The translations under genes and the position numbers were made by a program. From Sarea resinae (Eukaryota), in NCBI GenBank assembly GCA_026026165.1, contig JAPEUD010000090.1, positions 1 through 64,000 on the forward strand: a stretch of DNA of 64,000 nt, in the 5' to 3' direction. This document shows positions 63,547 to 64,000 of this stretch, piece by piece (position 1 is the stretch's first letter; every line of letters begins with the position of its first letter). The notes beneath the pieces are model-generated. The model was not told where the DNA came from. It was given only the letters and a program-made list of their open reading frames with translations, and did not search any database.

Positions 63547-64000
63547 AAATTCGCCAGCAGCGGTGGGAGCATCGAACAGCTGCCTATGCGTTAGCTGCCA
63601 ACAAGCTCTCATGTCTAGATGAAGGTTAGTCTCGGAGAAGATGATCCCTCGATTGAGGAGCCCATCATCGCACGTAGACTTTGCGCGTAACATCATCGAT
63701 GTCCTCCTCCCGTATGATCAATTGCCGTTTCCGAAGGAAGAGAGGTGCCATGATAGGCGTTGATGATGATGATGGTGATGATGATGATGATGTTGGTAAG
63801 AGGGTAAGAAGGTAAGAGGCCGTAAGCATCATACATGTAAGGACCAACCTGTTCCCGCAAAGTAGTTCGTTTGTACCTCATAAGCGAGACAACAGACCAT
63901 AACTACCTACCTTGGGTACCTATGTATGTAAGGTAATGGAATTTCATCATCACATTCGGTTCAACATTATTCCGATGGTCAATGCGATAGCACAGTGGAG

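Noticed and set aside
63457..63881. Short minus-strand ORFs with GVGF and poly-Ser/Ile runs
   Set aside because: Explained by the 12-bp tandem repeat and a (GAT)n tract.

Overview
Intron-containing fungal (filamentous ascomycete-type) genomic DNA carrying most of a lipopeptide biosynthetic gene cluster. The core is a ~7620-aa, six-module NRPS on the minus strand (29961-52882) with architecture C(partial)-A-T-C-A-T-E-C-A-T-C-A-T-E-C-A-T-C-A-T-R. Around it lie a fatty acid synthase beta subunit, an SDR, a class IV (BCAT-like) aminotransferase, a hotdog-fold thioesterase-like gene, two divergently transcribed YCII-like genes, RTA1-family genes and an MFS transporter. This gene set closely parallels the Aspergillus nidulans aspercryptin (atn) cluster, which builds long-chain 2-amino fatty acids into a reductively released hexapeptide. 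The epimerase pattern here (modules 2 and 4) suggests a different product. FAS alpha, P450 and ABC genes are not in the window and may lie beyond the right edge. The left flank holds a secreted beta-lactamase/D-peptidase-family gene between two degenerate direct repeats, a small Pin3/Lsb1-like protein with two SH3-like units, and a Zn(II)2Cys6 transcription-factor pseudogene with in-frame TAG stops that the ORF track misses. All gene models and motif alignments were done by eye; no database searches were run.
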